A stretch of DNA of 41,860 bases from an uncultured beta proteobacterium (GTDB lineage Bacteria; Pseudomonadota; Gammaproteobacteria; Burkholderiales; Burkholderiaceae_B): NCBI GenBank assembly GCA_903929925.1, contig CAIYWO010000101.1:1-41860 (forward strand), in the 5' to 3' direction. Every line of letters starts with the position of its first letter. The first letter of the stretch is position 1. The notes under the pieces were generated by a model. The model worked only from the letters and a program-made list of their open reading frames with translations. It did not search any database and was not told the DNA's origin. Below are positions 10,130 to 19,599 of the stretch, in pieces. The position numbers and the translations under genes were made by a program.

Positions 10130-11113
10130 TCAAAGCTCGATTTTTGCAGTCTTCGCGACGATGGCCCATTTTTTAATCTCGGCCTCGATGTATTTTTTAA
10201 ACTCTTCTGGGGTGCTACCTACTGGGAAGGCGCCGATGCCTTCTAATTGCTTGCGGACATCTGGCGACTTCATAATTTCAATAGTGGTCTTAGCAAGCAG
10301 GTTGATGATTTCAGGAGGTGTCCCTGTCGGCGCCATCAAACCGCTCCAGGAGCTCACTTCAAAATCAGGAAAGCCAAGTTCAATTAAGGTAGGCACATTG
10401 GGAAGTTGGGGCATACGCTCGCGTCCAGCTACAGCAAGGGCGCGCAACTTACCGGCTTGAATTGTTGTCGTCACGCCCGAGGCTGTTTTGAAGCCGATCG
10501 CGACTTGTCCGCCGATCACATCGTTCATTGCTGGAGATGCACCTTTGTAGGGGACATGCAGCGTATCAATCCCCGCGCGCATATTGAGCATTTCCGCAGC
10601 AAGATGGGGTGAGCCACCTGCGCCAGATGTTGCGTATGCAAGTTTTCCGGGATTAGCCTTCGCGTACGCAATCAGTTCTGGCAAGGTTTTGAACGGTTGA
10701 TCATTGTTGGCAACCAGGATGCTCGGTGACGAGACAAGCTGACTGATCGGTATAAAGTCTCGTAGTGTGTCGTAGTTGAGTTTCTTGTATGTCGAGAGAT
10801 TTGTCGCGTTTGCCACCGTACCTAAAAAGAGCGTATAGCCATCTGGTTTAGCGCGTGCAGCCTCTTGCGAGCCGATATTTGATCCGCCTCCCGGCTTGTT
10901 TTCGATGACGAAGGGCTGTCCAAGTGCTTTTTCTAAACGACTTCCGATCAGACGGGCCACGATATCGGTTGGGCCGCCAGGTGCGAAGCCAACAATAATT
11001 TTGACAGGACGGTCGGGGTACTTATTTTGAGCGAGACTTGGGGTGGCCACGGTTGCTAACGACAGGGCGGCGCACGTTAACAGGCGCCGAATGAACCGGT
11101 TTTTTATGATCAT
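10130..11113 (-). CDS. Bug/TctC tripartite tricarboxylate transporter substrate-binding protein
   Basis: Signal peptide, YPDRPVKIIVGFAPGGPTD, ENKPGGG, PDGYTL, HVPYKG. Start moved from 11170 to ATG 11113, which has a GGAG RBS. Confidence 0.92.
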   Translation of the reverse strand: MIIKNRFIRRLLTCAALSLATVATPSLAQNKYPDRPVKIIVGFAPGGPTDIVARLIGSRLEKALGQPFVIENKPGGGSNIGSQEAARAKPDGYTLFLGTVANATNLSTYKKLNYDTLRDFIPISQLVSSPSILVANNDQPFKTLPELIAYAKANPGKLAYATSGAGGSPHLAAEMLNMRAGIDTLHVPYKGASPAMNDVIGGQVAIGFKTASGVTTTIQAGKLRALAVAGRERMPQLPNVPTLIELGFPDFEVSSWSGLMAPTGTPPEIINLLAKTTIEIMKSPDVRKQLEGIGAFPVGSTPEEFKKYIEAEIKKWAIVAKTAKIEL

Positions 11114-11265
11114 GTGGGTCTCCGTGAAAATTTTTTCCACGATACCATGCGAGCACCTGTCTTGGTGCATTGGGCGTATAGACAGGCTGGAGCGCTGGGG
11201 GCAATGGCTTGGGTTATATTTCGTCAGGCCTTTTAGCTAATTTATCGCGTATTTTGGAGAGAAAT

Positions 11266-12474
11266 ATGAGCGCCGCATTGCTTTCACCACGCATGGCTCT
11301 GGTTAGACCATCGCCGACTCTTGCTGTCACAGATAATGCCAAGGCGCTCAAAGCGAAAGGATTAGATGTAATCGTGCTCGCCCAAGGCGAGCCTGATATG
11401 GACACTCCAGCCAATATCTGTGAAGCTGGGATTGCAGCCATCAGAGCCGGGCAAACTCGGTACACGCCTGTAAACGGTACGGTCGAGTTAAAAAAGGCAA
11501 TTGCTGCGAAGTTTTTGCGTGATCATGCGATGAAGATCAACCCCGATGATGTGATCATCGGCACGGGCGGTAAGCAGGTTTTGTTTAATGCTTTGGTGGC
11601 AACCCTGGGAGAGGGCGACGAGGTGTTGATTCCCGCGCCTTGCTGGGTAAGTTACCCCGATATGGCGATCCTGGCGAGCGGTAAGGCCGTTACCGTTGCC
11701 TGTGGTGCTGAAACTAACTTCAAAATTACACCTGCTCAATTAGATCAGGCGATCACGCCACGCACGCGTTGGTTGATCTTGAACTCACCCTCCAATCCGA
11801 CTGGTTCGGTCTATACGGAGCAAGAGCTGCGTGAACTGGGGGATGTGCTGAAAAAGCATCCAAACGTGCTGGTCATGGTCGATGACATGTACGAGAAGCT
11901 GTTATTCGATGGCACAACGTTTTGCACTCTGGCGCAAGCGGCACCCGCCATCGCTGATCGAATCTTGACGGTCAATGGCGTGTCCAAAGCGTACTGTATG
12001 ACCGGCTGGAGAATTGGCTACGGTCACGGACCGAGCTGGCTCATTGCAGCGATGTCAACGATCCAGTCGCAGTCAACCTCGAACCCCTCGTCTATTAGTC
12101 AGGCGGCTGCAGTCGAGGCGTTGAATGGCCCTCAAGACTTCATCGCTAAACACAACGTGATTTTTCAGCGTCGCCGTGACATGGTGGTGCGCATGCTCAA
12201 CGAGTGTCCCGGTATTACATGTTTAAAGCCGCAGGGCGCTTTTTACGTTTATCCGAGCTGTGCGGGCACACTTGGCAAGACGACGCCCAAGGGCAAGAAA
12301 CTCAATACAGATCTCGATTTTGCAACAGCCTTGCTAGACGAAAAGCTGGTGGCCGTTGTGCCTGGTGAGGCCTTCGGCTTGGCGCCATACTTCCGTATTT
12401 CATACGCAACGTCTGACGCTATTCTCGAAGATGCCTGCAACCGCATCCATGCGTTCTGTGCATCCTTGACCTAG
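11266..12474 (+). CDS. PLP-dependent class I/II aminotransferase (aspartate aminotransferase-like)
   Basis: GEPD, LNSPSNPTG, DDMY, NGVSKAYCMTGWRIGY (PLP lysine), PQGAFY; ATG 11266 after GGAGA. Confidence 0.92.
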   Translation: MSAALLSPRMALVRPSPTLAVTDNAKALKAKGLDVIVLAQGEPDMDTPANICEAGIAAIRAGQTRYTPVNGTVELKKAIAAKFLRDHAMKINPDDVIIGTGGKQVLFNALVATLGEGDEVLIPAPCWVSYPDMAILASGKAVTVACGAETNFKITPAQLDQAITPRTRWLILNSPSNPTGSVYTEQELRELGDVLKKHPNVLVMVDDMYEKLLFDGTTFCTLAQAAPAIADRILTVNGVSKAYCMTGWRIGYGHGPSWLIAAMSTIQSQSTSNPSSISQAAAVEALNGPQDFIAKHNVIFQRRRDMVVRMLNECPGITCLKPQGAFYVYPSCAGTLGKTTPKGKKLNTDLDFATALLDEKLVAVVPGEAFGLAPYFRISYATSDAILEDACNRIHAFCASLT

Positions 12475-12493
12475 TTCGGCGCATGGTTGGGCG

Positions 12494-13114
12494 TTACGCT
12501 GGGGGCCGAAAGGCCCCCATTTCTTCGAGTAATTCTTGAACTAAATCGAGTCTTAGGCGCGGATTCTCAAGCGTCATGAGATGTTGTTTTTGCTGGGGAT
12601 TCAGGTTGAGTAACTCTGCCCACCGGTTGCTCACCCAGCCACAATCATTCAGCCGATAGGGCTTGAGCACCGGACGCTGCTCGTCTGGTACATCTTGTTC
12701 ATCGATAGATTGCAACACGCGTTGTAGCGTTGTCGCACTTTTTGCAAGCTCGGGCGGGATCTCGGTGATTGGGTCCTCTTCGATACACGTGACGTCAGCG
12801 CGCCAAAGGCCATTTGGCATTTGTTCGGCATGATCGATCTTAAATCTGGATTGACCGCGACAGCGAATGGCGTACAGGCTGGGTTGTATTGCCTCGAAGT
12901 CAACGATTTTTGCCAAAGTGCCGCTGTCTGCAAACGAGACTTGTTCGGTCGGTTGACGTACTTCGGACCCTTGGTTCAGCGTCACAATCCCAAACGGAGT
13001 GCCCTCTCGAAAACTCGAGCGCGTCATATCAAGATACCGAACTTCAAAGATCTTTAGTGCCGCTAATCCATCAGGAAATAGCGTCATGCCTAGTGGGAAT
13101 AGGGGGATATTCAT
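12494..13114 (-). CDS. Stand-alone Lon peptidase substrate-binding (N-terminal) domain protein
   Basis: IPLFPL...LFPDG...LKIFEVRYLDM, G--RF, WVSNRWAELL, KQHLM. Confidence 0.9.
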   Translation of the reverse strand: MNIPLFPLGMTLFPDGLAALKIFEVRYLDMTRSSFREGTPFGIVTLNQGSEVRQPTEQVSFADSGTLAKIVDFEAIQPSLYAIRCRGQSRFKIDHAEQMPNGLWRADVTCIEEDPITEIPPELAKSATTLQRVLQSIDEQDVPDEQRPVLKPYRLNDCGWVSNRWAELLNLNPQQKQHLMTLENPRLRLDLVQELLEEMGAFRPPA

Positions 13115-13116
13115 GA

Positions 13117-13521
13117 TTAGTACTCCGACTTTCCTCTAAGTGTTTTGACTTCAGAGTGTTTGCGCTTGCTCTCCAGGCGACGCTGACGCGAGCCAAAAGT
13201 GGGTTGTGTGGCATGACGGGTCTTTGGTGGGCGTGCGACGCTATTGACGAGTTCATGCAGGCGAGCGATCGCATCACTGCGATTCAAGTCCTGGCTGCGA
13301 TGAGACTGCGCCTTGATGACGATTGCGCCATCGCGGTTAATGCGACCATCTTTTAGCGCAAGCAAACGCACCTTGACCCCTGCAGGCAGCGAGGACGTGG
13401 GGATGTGAAACCGCAGGTGAATGGCACTTGAAACCTTATTGACGTTTTGACCGCCTGCGCCTTGTGCGCGCATGGCAGTGATTTCGATCTCAGATGCGGG
13501 AATGCAAATTGACGCGGGCAT
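13117..13521 (-). CDS. arfB: Alternative ribosome-rescue peptidyl-tRNA hydrolase ArfB (YaeJ)
   Basis: GAGGQNVNKVSSAIHLRF (GGQ), RSQDLNR, basic tail RRLESKRKHSEVKTLR. Confidence 0.93.
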   Translation of the reverse strand: MPASICIPASEIEITAMRAQGAGGQNVNKVSSAIHLRFHIPTSSLPAGVKVRLLALKDGRINRDGAIVIKAQSHRSQDLNRSDAIARLHELVNSVARPPKTRHATQPTFGSRQRRLESKRKHSEVKTLRGKSEY

Positions 13522-13579
13522 TGGGAGTTTTTTCGATAGACCTGTACACTAGATTATCGTTTAACTCTCAGAGACAATC

Positions 13580-13729
13580 ATGGCTAAAGGTCAGCAAAAG
13601 TCGAACAAAGAGTCCAAAAAACCCAAAAAGGACACTTCCACACCAAAACCAGCGAGCGGACTGAGTGATCCGGTGCGTGCTACGGTCGTGAATACGGTCT
13701 TCACACGGATTAAGAACAAGGATCGTTGA
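13580..13729 (+). CDS. Small basic hypothetical protein, 49 aa (not in ORF track)
   Basis: Translated by hand: MAKGQQKSNKESKKPKKDTSTPKPASGLSDPVRATVVNTVFTRIKNKDR*; GAGA 5 nt before ATG; stop 4 nt before the next ATG. Confidence 0.7.
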   Translation: MAKGQQKSNKESKKPKKDTSTPKPASGLSDPVRATVVNTVFTRIKNKDR

Positions 13730-13733
13730 TGCT

Positions 13734-15716
13734 ATGAAGGCGCAAGCCAAACTCGAGCAGGGGCTTGCAGCGCATCAGCAGGGCTCCCTTGAGCAAGCAC
13801 GGGCTCTTTACGAGCGCGTGCTGAAGTTGCACCCCAATCATTTCGATGCGGTACACATGCTGGGGCTAGTTGCATACCAGCAAGGGCAGCTAGAGCGGGC
13901 TGCCCTTTTGATCGGAAAAGCATTAAAAATTGATCCGGACGTTGCTTCCGCGCATAACAATTATGGCAATGTACTTCAGGATCAGCGCAAGCTTACTTCT
14001 GCGCTAGCCAGCTACGATCGCGCGATTGCATTGGACCCAAATTATGCGCAAGCGCATAACAATCGAGGTGATTTGCTACAAGCGTTAGGTCGTGTGCCTG
14101 AGGCGTTGACCAGCTATGCGCGCGCGCTTGAGGTCTCACCTCGCTATGCAGCTGCTTTTTATAACCAAGGAAACGCTTACGGTCGGTTAGGGCGGTGGCG
14201 CGACGCAGTCGAAAGTTATGACCATGCCTTAGCGATTGAGCCGTTTTACCCACAGGCCTTGATGAACCGCGGGAATGCGCTTGTCGAATTGCGTGATAAC
14301 GAGGCTGCGGTGCAGAGTTACACCGATGCGTTATCAATCGACCCAGCTATCCCCTATCTTGCTGGCACGTTGCTCCATGTCAATATGCAGCAATGCAAAT
14401 GGGGTGACTATCACTCCCTCTTAGAGACGTTGTTGCGCGATTTAAAGGCGGGCCAGCCGGTTTGTCTACCTTTTCCATTGCTGTCTCTCACCGATGATGT
14501 CGTGTTGCATAAGCGGGTTGCACAAGCCTGGATTGACTCTGCACATAAAAGGGCACGTACTGCGTGGGTACCTAAAGAGCGACCCGCGAACGGAAAACTC
14601 AAAGTCGGATATTTTTCCGGTGATTTTTGTAATCATCCCGTCGCCTATTTGACGGCGGGATTGTTTGAAACACATGATCGTTCTCGGTTTGAGATCTTCG
14701 CATTTTCGTTCGGGCCTGATACGCAAGATGAGATGCGCTTGCGTCTAGAAAAAACCTTCGATCACTTTTTAGATGTGAAGGACTGTACAGATTCACAACT
14801 GATTACGCGAGCGCGTGAGTGCGATCTTGATATCGCCGTTGACTTGACGGGTTTGACCAAGGGATGTCGCCCTGGTGTATTTTTGGCCCGGGTCGCATCG
14901 ATTCAAATGAGCTATCTCGGCTATCCCGGTACGACGGGTATCCCGGAAATGGACTATGTCTTGGTGGATAAGACGATTGCTGAACTGGAGGATGCTGAGC
15001 ACTACACTGAAAAATTCATCCGACTTGCCCACAGCTACCAAGCAAATGATCCAAGCCGCAAACCGTCCGATCGTGTTTTTTCCAGGGACGAGCTTGGCCT
15101 GCCTGCTACGGGGTTTGTGTTTTGCTGCTTTAACAATAATTACAAGATCAATCCAGTGATGTTCGATTGTTGGATGCGGATTCTGCAATCAGTTCCTGGC
15201 AGCGTATTGTGGCTTCGCGAAGCAACTGCACAGACCGCGAAGAACTTGAGAGCCGCTGCGCACGAGCGGGGCGTCGATGGTGCGCGCCTTGTTTTTGCAA
15301 GTCGAATTGAGTCCATGAGCGATCATCTCGCGCGGCAGCGCGTCGCTGATTTGTTTATTGATGCCTTGCCCTATAACGCACACACGACAGCCAGTGATGC
15401 GCTCTGGGCTGGCGTGCCGGTGCTGACTTGCAAAGGCCGTTCTTATGCGGGGCGTGTAGGCGCCAGTCTCCTGTCAGCGCTTGATCTTGAAGAGTTGATT
15501 ACGAGCGATTTGGAGGAGTATGCGCAAGCTGCTCTTGCGTTAGCGAAAGACCCAGCTAGGTTGGCTGCGCTTCGCGTCAAGCTGCAGCAACAATTGCTCT
15601 CTGGCCCATTATTTGACATTAAGCGCTTCACGCGAAATCTAGAGCAAGCCTTTGAACTGGCGATCGAACGGAAGATGCTTCACCTGCCGAACGATCACTT
15701 TGACACCGATACTTAG
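13734..15716 (+). CDS. TPR-containing glycosyltransferase family 41 (O-GlcNAc transferase/SPINDLY-like)
   Basis: About six N-terminal TPRs (A-AHNN-G--L, ALA-DP-Y); catalytic part GYFSGDFCNHPVAYL, YLGYPGTTG, FCCFNNNYKI, PYNAHTTASDALWAGVPV. Confidence 0.92.
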   Translation: MKAQAKLEQGLAAHQQGSLEQARALYERVLKLHPNHFDAVHMLGLVAYQQGQLERAALLIGKALKIDPDVASAHNNYGNVLQDQRKLTSALASYDRAIALDPNYAQAHNNRGDLLQALGRVPEALTSYARALEVSPRYAAAFYNQGNAYGRLGRWRDAVESYDHALAIEPFYPQALMNRGNALVELRDNEAAVQSYTDALSIDPAIPYLAGTLLHVNMQQCKWGDYHSLLETLLRDLKAGQPVCLPFPLLSLTDDVVLHKRVAQAWIDSAHKRARTAWVPKERPANGKLKVGYFSGDFCNHPVAYLTAGLFETHDRSRFEIFAFSFGPDTQDEMRLRLEKTFDHFLDVKDCTDSQLITRARECDLDIAVDLTGLTKGCRPGVFLARVASIQMSYLGYPGTTGIPEMDYVLVDKTIAELEDAEHYTEKFIRLAHSYQANDPSRKPSDRVFSRDELGLPATGFVFCCFNNNYKINPVMFDCWMRILQSVPGSVLWLREATAQTAKNLRAAAHERGVDGARLVFASRIESMSDHLARQRVADLFIDALPYNAHTTASDALWAGVPVLTCKGRSYAGRVGASLLSALDLEELITSDLEEYAQAALALAKDPARLAALRVKLQQQLLSGPLFDIKRFTRNLEQAFELAIERKMLHLPNDHFDTDT

Positions 15717-16288
15717 CGTGCTTTCTCGGGGAAAGGCAAGGGTTTGCCTGCTGGAATAGGCTCTTCGCCTAAGCTTAGCAACATCGCAATCGTCACATAA
15801 GTGCCACTGACGGCAATGAGATCAACAAGCTGTTGTTCGCCCAGCACTTCCTTGGCGTGGTTGAATAGTTCGTCGCTGATCTCATGGGTTTTGGTCATCG
15901 TCATGCATACGTCATAGACCGCTGCTTCGTCGGGCTGCATGTTGCGTGGTCGAATGTTTTCCTTGAGGTCATCTGCAACGTGGGCGGGCAAGCCGTTACG
16001 CAATGCGATTGGATAGTGCGCAAACCACTCAACTTGGGATGTCCAGATACGCGCTTGAATCAGAATTGCAAATTCGTTAAGACGCATGGGGAGCGATGAA
16101 CCAAAGCGCAAATAGTCCAACAAGCGCTTGATTCGATCGGCGAAGATCGGGCTGCGCAACATGACGTTGTAGGGGCCGCCTAAGCCAATGCTGGAAATGT
16201 CTAGGATTTCCTTTGCGAGTCCGACTGACTCTGGAGCAACGGTCTCGAGCGTTAGCTGGGTGAAGCGCTTTGATGTAAAGGTCGTCAT
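15713..16288 (-). CDS. Carboxymuconolactone decarboxylase/AhpD-fold family protein
   Basis: GGPYNVMLRSP, LNEFAILIQAR-W---VEWFAH, LGEQQLVDLIAVSGTY. Confidence 0.8.
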   Translation of the reverse strand: MTTFTSKRFTQLTLETVAPESVGLAKEILDISSIGLGGPYNVMLRSPIFADRIKRLLDYLRFGSSLPMRLNEFAILIQARIWTSQVEWFAHYPIALRNGLPAHVADDLKENIRPRNMQPDEAAVYDVCMTMTKTHEISDELFNHAKEVLGEQQLVDLIAVSGTYVTIAMLLSLGEEPIPAGKPLPFPEKAR

Positions 16289-16336
16289 GTGTCGTCCGAA
16301 TAGATAAGGTTAATTGAGGGGTTTTAACTTTTTGAT

Positions 16337-17308
16337 TTACTTAAGGCTAGTTTGAGTTTTGCTTAACAAAGACTGATATTCCAAAGATTCAGCTGCAAGT
16401 CGTGCCCGCATCTCTTGTGGGGATGAAGTCTGGACCTCCATGCCTTGGGCATTTAATTTCTCATAGAAAGCAGGTGTGCTCGTTGCTTTTTTTATTGCAG
16501 CGTTTAGCTTCACGATAGTCGACTCTGGCGTTTGAGCGGGAGCAATGACGCCCTGCCAAGTGTAGGCCTGATACCCAGGCAGAAATTCAGAGACGCTTGG
16601 GGTATCAGGCGTCGCCACGCCTCGCTTTTGCCCCGTTGTTGCGATCATGATTAGACGCCCGTGTTTGATGTGATCAGTATTGCCAACCAACGAGGTAAAC
16701 ATGATGTCGACACGCCCGGCAAGTAGGTCAATTAGGGCTGGGCCAGCCCCTTTGTAGGGGACATGTGTGATGTCAATATTGGCGGCATGTCGAAAGGCCT
16801 CACCTGCTAAATGCTGGGCTGAACCATTACCAGACGAAGCAAAATTAATTTTTCCAGGATTAGCCTTTGCGTATTGCACGAGCTCTTGAACAGATTTGAT
16901 GTTTAGGCTCGGTGATACCAACAGTGCGAGAGGTTGGATTGTGGTGAGCGAAACATGGGAGAAATCTTTGATTGGATCGTAAGTGGGGCTACTGTGTAGA
17001 AGTGGTGTGATGATGAAAGCGTTTGTGCCGAACAGCAGTGTATAGCCATCTGCCGGTGCGCGTCGGACTGCGTCTGACCCAACGAGTGTCCCACCTCCCG
17101 CCTTATTTTCAACGATGACGGATTGACCGAGGATCTGGGTGAGCTCTTGCGCCAACATCCGCGCAACAATGTCTGTTGCACCGCCTGGTGCGTAGGCGAC
17201 CACCAGTCGTAACGGCTTGTCGGGAAATTCACGCGTCTGGCTGCGCGCGCTAAAGGATAGTACGCAGGCGAGCAAACCCAGACAGACAATAAGTGCTGCG
17301 CGTTTCAT
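16337..17308 (-). CDS. Bug/TctC substrate-binding protein
   Basis: FPDKPLRLVVAYAPGGATD, ENKAGGG, ADGYTL, HVPYKGAGPA; ATGA overlap with the upstream TauD-like gene. Confidence 0.92.
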   Translation of the reverse strand: MKRAALIVCLGLLACVLSFSARSQTREFPDKPLRLVVAYAPGGATDIVARMLAQELTQILGQSVIVENKAGGGTLVGSDAVRRAPADGYTLLFGTNAFIITPLLHSSPTYDPIKDFSHVSLTTIQPLALLVSPSLNIKSVQELVQYAKANPGKINFASSGNGSAQHLAGEAFRHAANIDITHVPYKGAGPALIDLLAGRVDIMFTSLVGNTDHIKHGRLIMIATTGQKRGVATPDTPSVSEFLPGYQAYTWQGVIAPAQTPESTIVKLNAAIKKATSTPAFYEKLNAQGMEVQTSSPQEMRARLAAESLEYQSLLSKTQTSLK

Positions 17309-18219
17309 GCCGAGATCCCAGAGGTGAACATAATTGGATGGGCGGTTCCCTGTTCACCATAGAGGCGGGTCGCCATGACTTGGCAGCGTTCGATGTATCG
17401 ATGTTCATGTGGCTCGTAATCTGCTACAGCATTGTGGGTGGTGCCGATGTTGTCCCACATCAGTAGCGAATTTTTCTTCCACGCGTAGGTGTATAAGAAC
17501 TTATCCTGTAGTTGATGCGCAAACAGAAAATCAAGCGTTTTCTGGCTCTCGTTTTCAGACATATCGCTGATATGCATGGCGTACCCGGGGTTTGCGTACA
17601 ACACTTTTTTTCCAGTGATCGGGTGAGTGAGTACAGCAGGATGCACGGCAGGAGGACGTGCTTGTCGCTCGCGCTCGCTTAGCGCAGGTCGAGTGCTGCC
17701 GGGTCTTGCACGCATCATTTCCCAAAACTTATTGAAATCATGGGTGATTCTTTTGTTCGCGAGCGTTTGTTTTAGCTCGGACGGCAAGTCTTCATAGGCA
17801 GCGTGCATATTGCGAAATTGCGTCGCTCCCAAGGGCATTCCACCACGATGTGGAATCGTCGTGCCGTATAAGACGTTCGCAAAGGCGATCATCTTGGCGT
17901 ATGACATGTCCGTGTGCCAGGATTGACCAGCATCTTTTAGTCCGACTGCTTGACCATCTTTCGTCATGTTCGACAGAATCATCACCTCAGGGTGACCGTC
18001 AGCCTGTGCTCTCCCACCCGGGCTGATGTAGAGCTCTCCAAAACGTTCGCTAAATGCTTTGAGTTGACTGGTTGAGAGATGTTGCTCGGGGAACTCTAGA
18101 ACGCCATGGGTGCCTAGCGCGTGCATCAACTGATTGATCTCGCTGTCTTTGAGACTGATAGACAAATCAAGCTCAAGGACGCGGGCGCCCATTGTGTTGG
18201 AGTTCGGTTCAATGATCAT
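17305..18219 (-). CDS. TauD/TfdA family Fe(II)/2-oxoglutarate dioxygenase
   Basis: WHTDMSY (HxD), HPAVLTHPITGKKVLYAN, WDNIGTTHNA. Confidence 0.9.
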   Translation of the reverse strand: MIIEPNSNTMGARVLELDLSISLKDSEINQLMHALGTHGVLEFPEQHLSTSQLKAFSERFGELYISPGGRAQADGHPEVMILSNMTKDGQAVGLKDAGQSWHTDMSYAKMIAFANVLYGTTIPHRGGMPLGATQFRNMHAAYEDLPSELKQTLANKRITHDFNKFWEMMRARPGSTRPALSERERQARPPAVHPAVLTHPITGKKVLYANPGYAMHISDMSENESQKTLDFLFAHQLQDKFLYTYAWKKNSLLMWDNIGTTHNAVADYEPHEHRYIERCQVMATRLYGEQGTAHPIMFTSGISA

Positions 18220-18297
18220 GTCAGTCTCGGAAAAATCGCTATACCGAGCATAACTCTAGAACACACAGAAACGAAGTGATTGCGCAGATCGCCTTTT

Positions 18298-18311
18298 TTG
18301 TGCAGTGCATT
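18298..18311. promoter_or_regulatory. TGC-rich imperfect palindrome upstream of the TauD-like gene, possible PhaR-type site
   Basis: TTGTGCAGTGCATT; resembles the palindrome at 24715. Confidence 0.3.
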
Positions 18312-19464
18312 AAGGAAAGGGAAGACTGGACTGGAAGACGATAGGCGCATGGTCTGCCTCAGTCTGGGCGGTAAGGTTTGCGGCACGGACACCGAGAAGT
18401 CGTATGCGTTGCTCTAGCGGAACGCGCTTTAGGCACTCCGTGGCTGCCTTTCTTATTAGGTCGCCCGTCGAGATCGCGCTTGTCAGCGTGATGTCTCTTG
18501 TTATCACGTGAAAATCTGAAAATTTAATTTTTATCCCGATGGTTTTGGACACATATCCTTTTCGCGCCAAGTCCTCTGACAGTCTTAGGCAGAGTTTGGT
18601 AAATGCTTCTGAGAGCAATGCTCGGTCATGCTTCGGATGCAAGTCTCGCTCGAAAGTTGTCTCCCGGCTGATTGATTTAGGCTCTGACCATGTCACGACG
18701 GGACGGTTGTCGATTCCATGGGCGGCTGCGTGCATCCACATTCCGGTGGCTCTGCCAAAATGCGCAACCAGCAAGTCCGGTGCGGCGGCAGCAAGTTCGC
18801 CCACTGTCACAATTCCTAGTGCGGCAAGTTTTTCGTTTGCCTTAGGCCCAATACCATTAATTTTTTTTGCTGGCAGTGGCCAGATTCGGTCAGCTAGCTG
18901 CTCGATGGGTAGGATGGTTAAGCCATTGGGTTTTTCTAAATCTGAGCAAATTTTTGACAGCAGTTTGTTTGGGCTGATACCAATTGAACAGCTCAGACCC
19001 GTCACCTCAAGGACTCGCGCTTTGATTCTTTGAGCGATCGTGAGCGTGTCTTCTTTGTGATCACTGAGATCGATATAGATTTCATCGATACCGCGGTCTT
19101 CAACCGCGGGTGCGATCTCGGCTACGGCGCGTTTGAACAATTGCGAGTAATGTCGGTAAGCGTCGAAGTTTGCTGGTAGCAGGATGGCGTGAGGTGCCAG
19201 CAGGGCAGATTTCATCAAGCCCATACCTGAAAACACACCCAGTGCGCGAGCTTCGTAAGTCGATGTCGTTACGACTCCACGACCGGCGTAGTCTTTGAGC
19301 CGCGGAAATTGTTCGAGATCTGAGAAGGTATTTGGAGCGGGTGCGCTCGCGCTTCGCCCCCCGACGACCACCGGGTGACCACGAAGCTCTGGGTAGCTCA
19401 ATAGCTCAACAGACGCAAAAAAAGCGTCCATATCCAAGTGAGCAATGCGGCGTCCACGCGTCAT
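18310..19464 (-). CDS. dinB: DNA polymerase IV (Y family)
   Basis: IAHLDMDAFFASVE, STYEAR, GIDEIYID, NKLLSKI, GIGPK, KSISRETTF, IRLLGV. Confidence 0.95.
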   Translation of the reverse strand: MTRGRRIAHLDMDAFFASVELLSYPELRGHPVVVGGRSASAPAPNTFSDLEQFPRLKDYAGRGVVTTSTYEARALGVFSGMGLMKSALLAPHAILLPANFDAYRHYSQLFKRAVAEIAPAVEDRGIDEIYIDLSDHKEDTLTIAQRIKARVLEVTGLSCSIGISPNKLLSKICSDLEKPNGLTILPIEQLADRIWPLPAKKINGIGPKANEKLAALGIVTVGELAAAAPDLLVAHFGRATGMWMHAAAHGIDNRPVVTWSEPKSISRETTFERDLHPKHDRALLSEAFTKLCLRLSEDLARKGYVSKTIGIKIKFSDFHVITRDITLTSAISTGDLIRKAATECLKRVPLEQRIRLLGVRAANLTAQTEADHAPIVFQSSLPFP

Positions 19465-19599
19465 GACTGAAGTTTAGGTGAATCCTTAGCTTGTAGGGGG
19501 AGAGAGCCCCATTCTTCGGCGTATTGAGCGTACTTTTTGTAGGCTGATTAAAATAGCTGAAAAATAATCCTTAAATGTATTGTGACCGGAACGAAAGAG

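Noticed and set aside
13568-13750. 60-aa hydrophobic minus-strand ORF
   Set aside because: Antisense shadow of the A-rich 49-aa plus-strand ORF and overlaps the GT41 start
19465-19599. SOS (LexA) box upstream of dinB
   Set aside because: No CTGT-N8-ACAG match seen in the dinB-aroG interval
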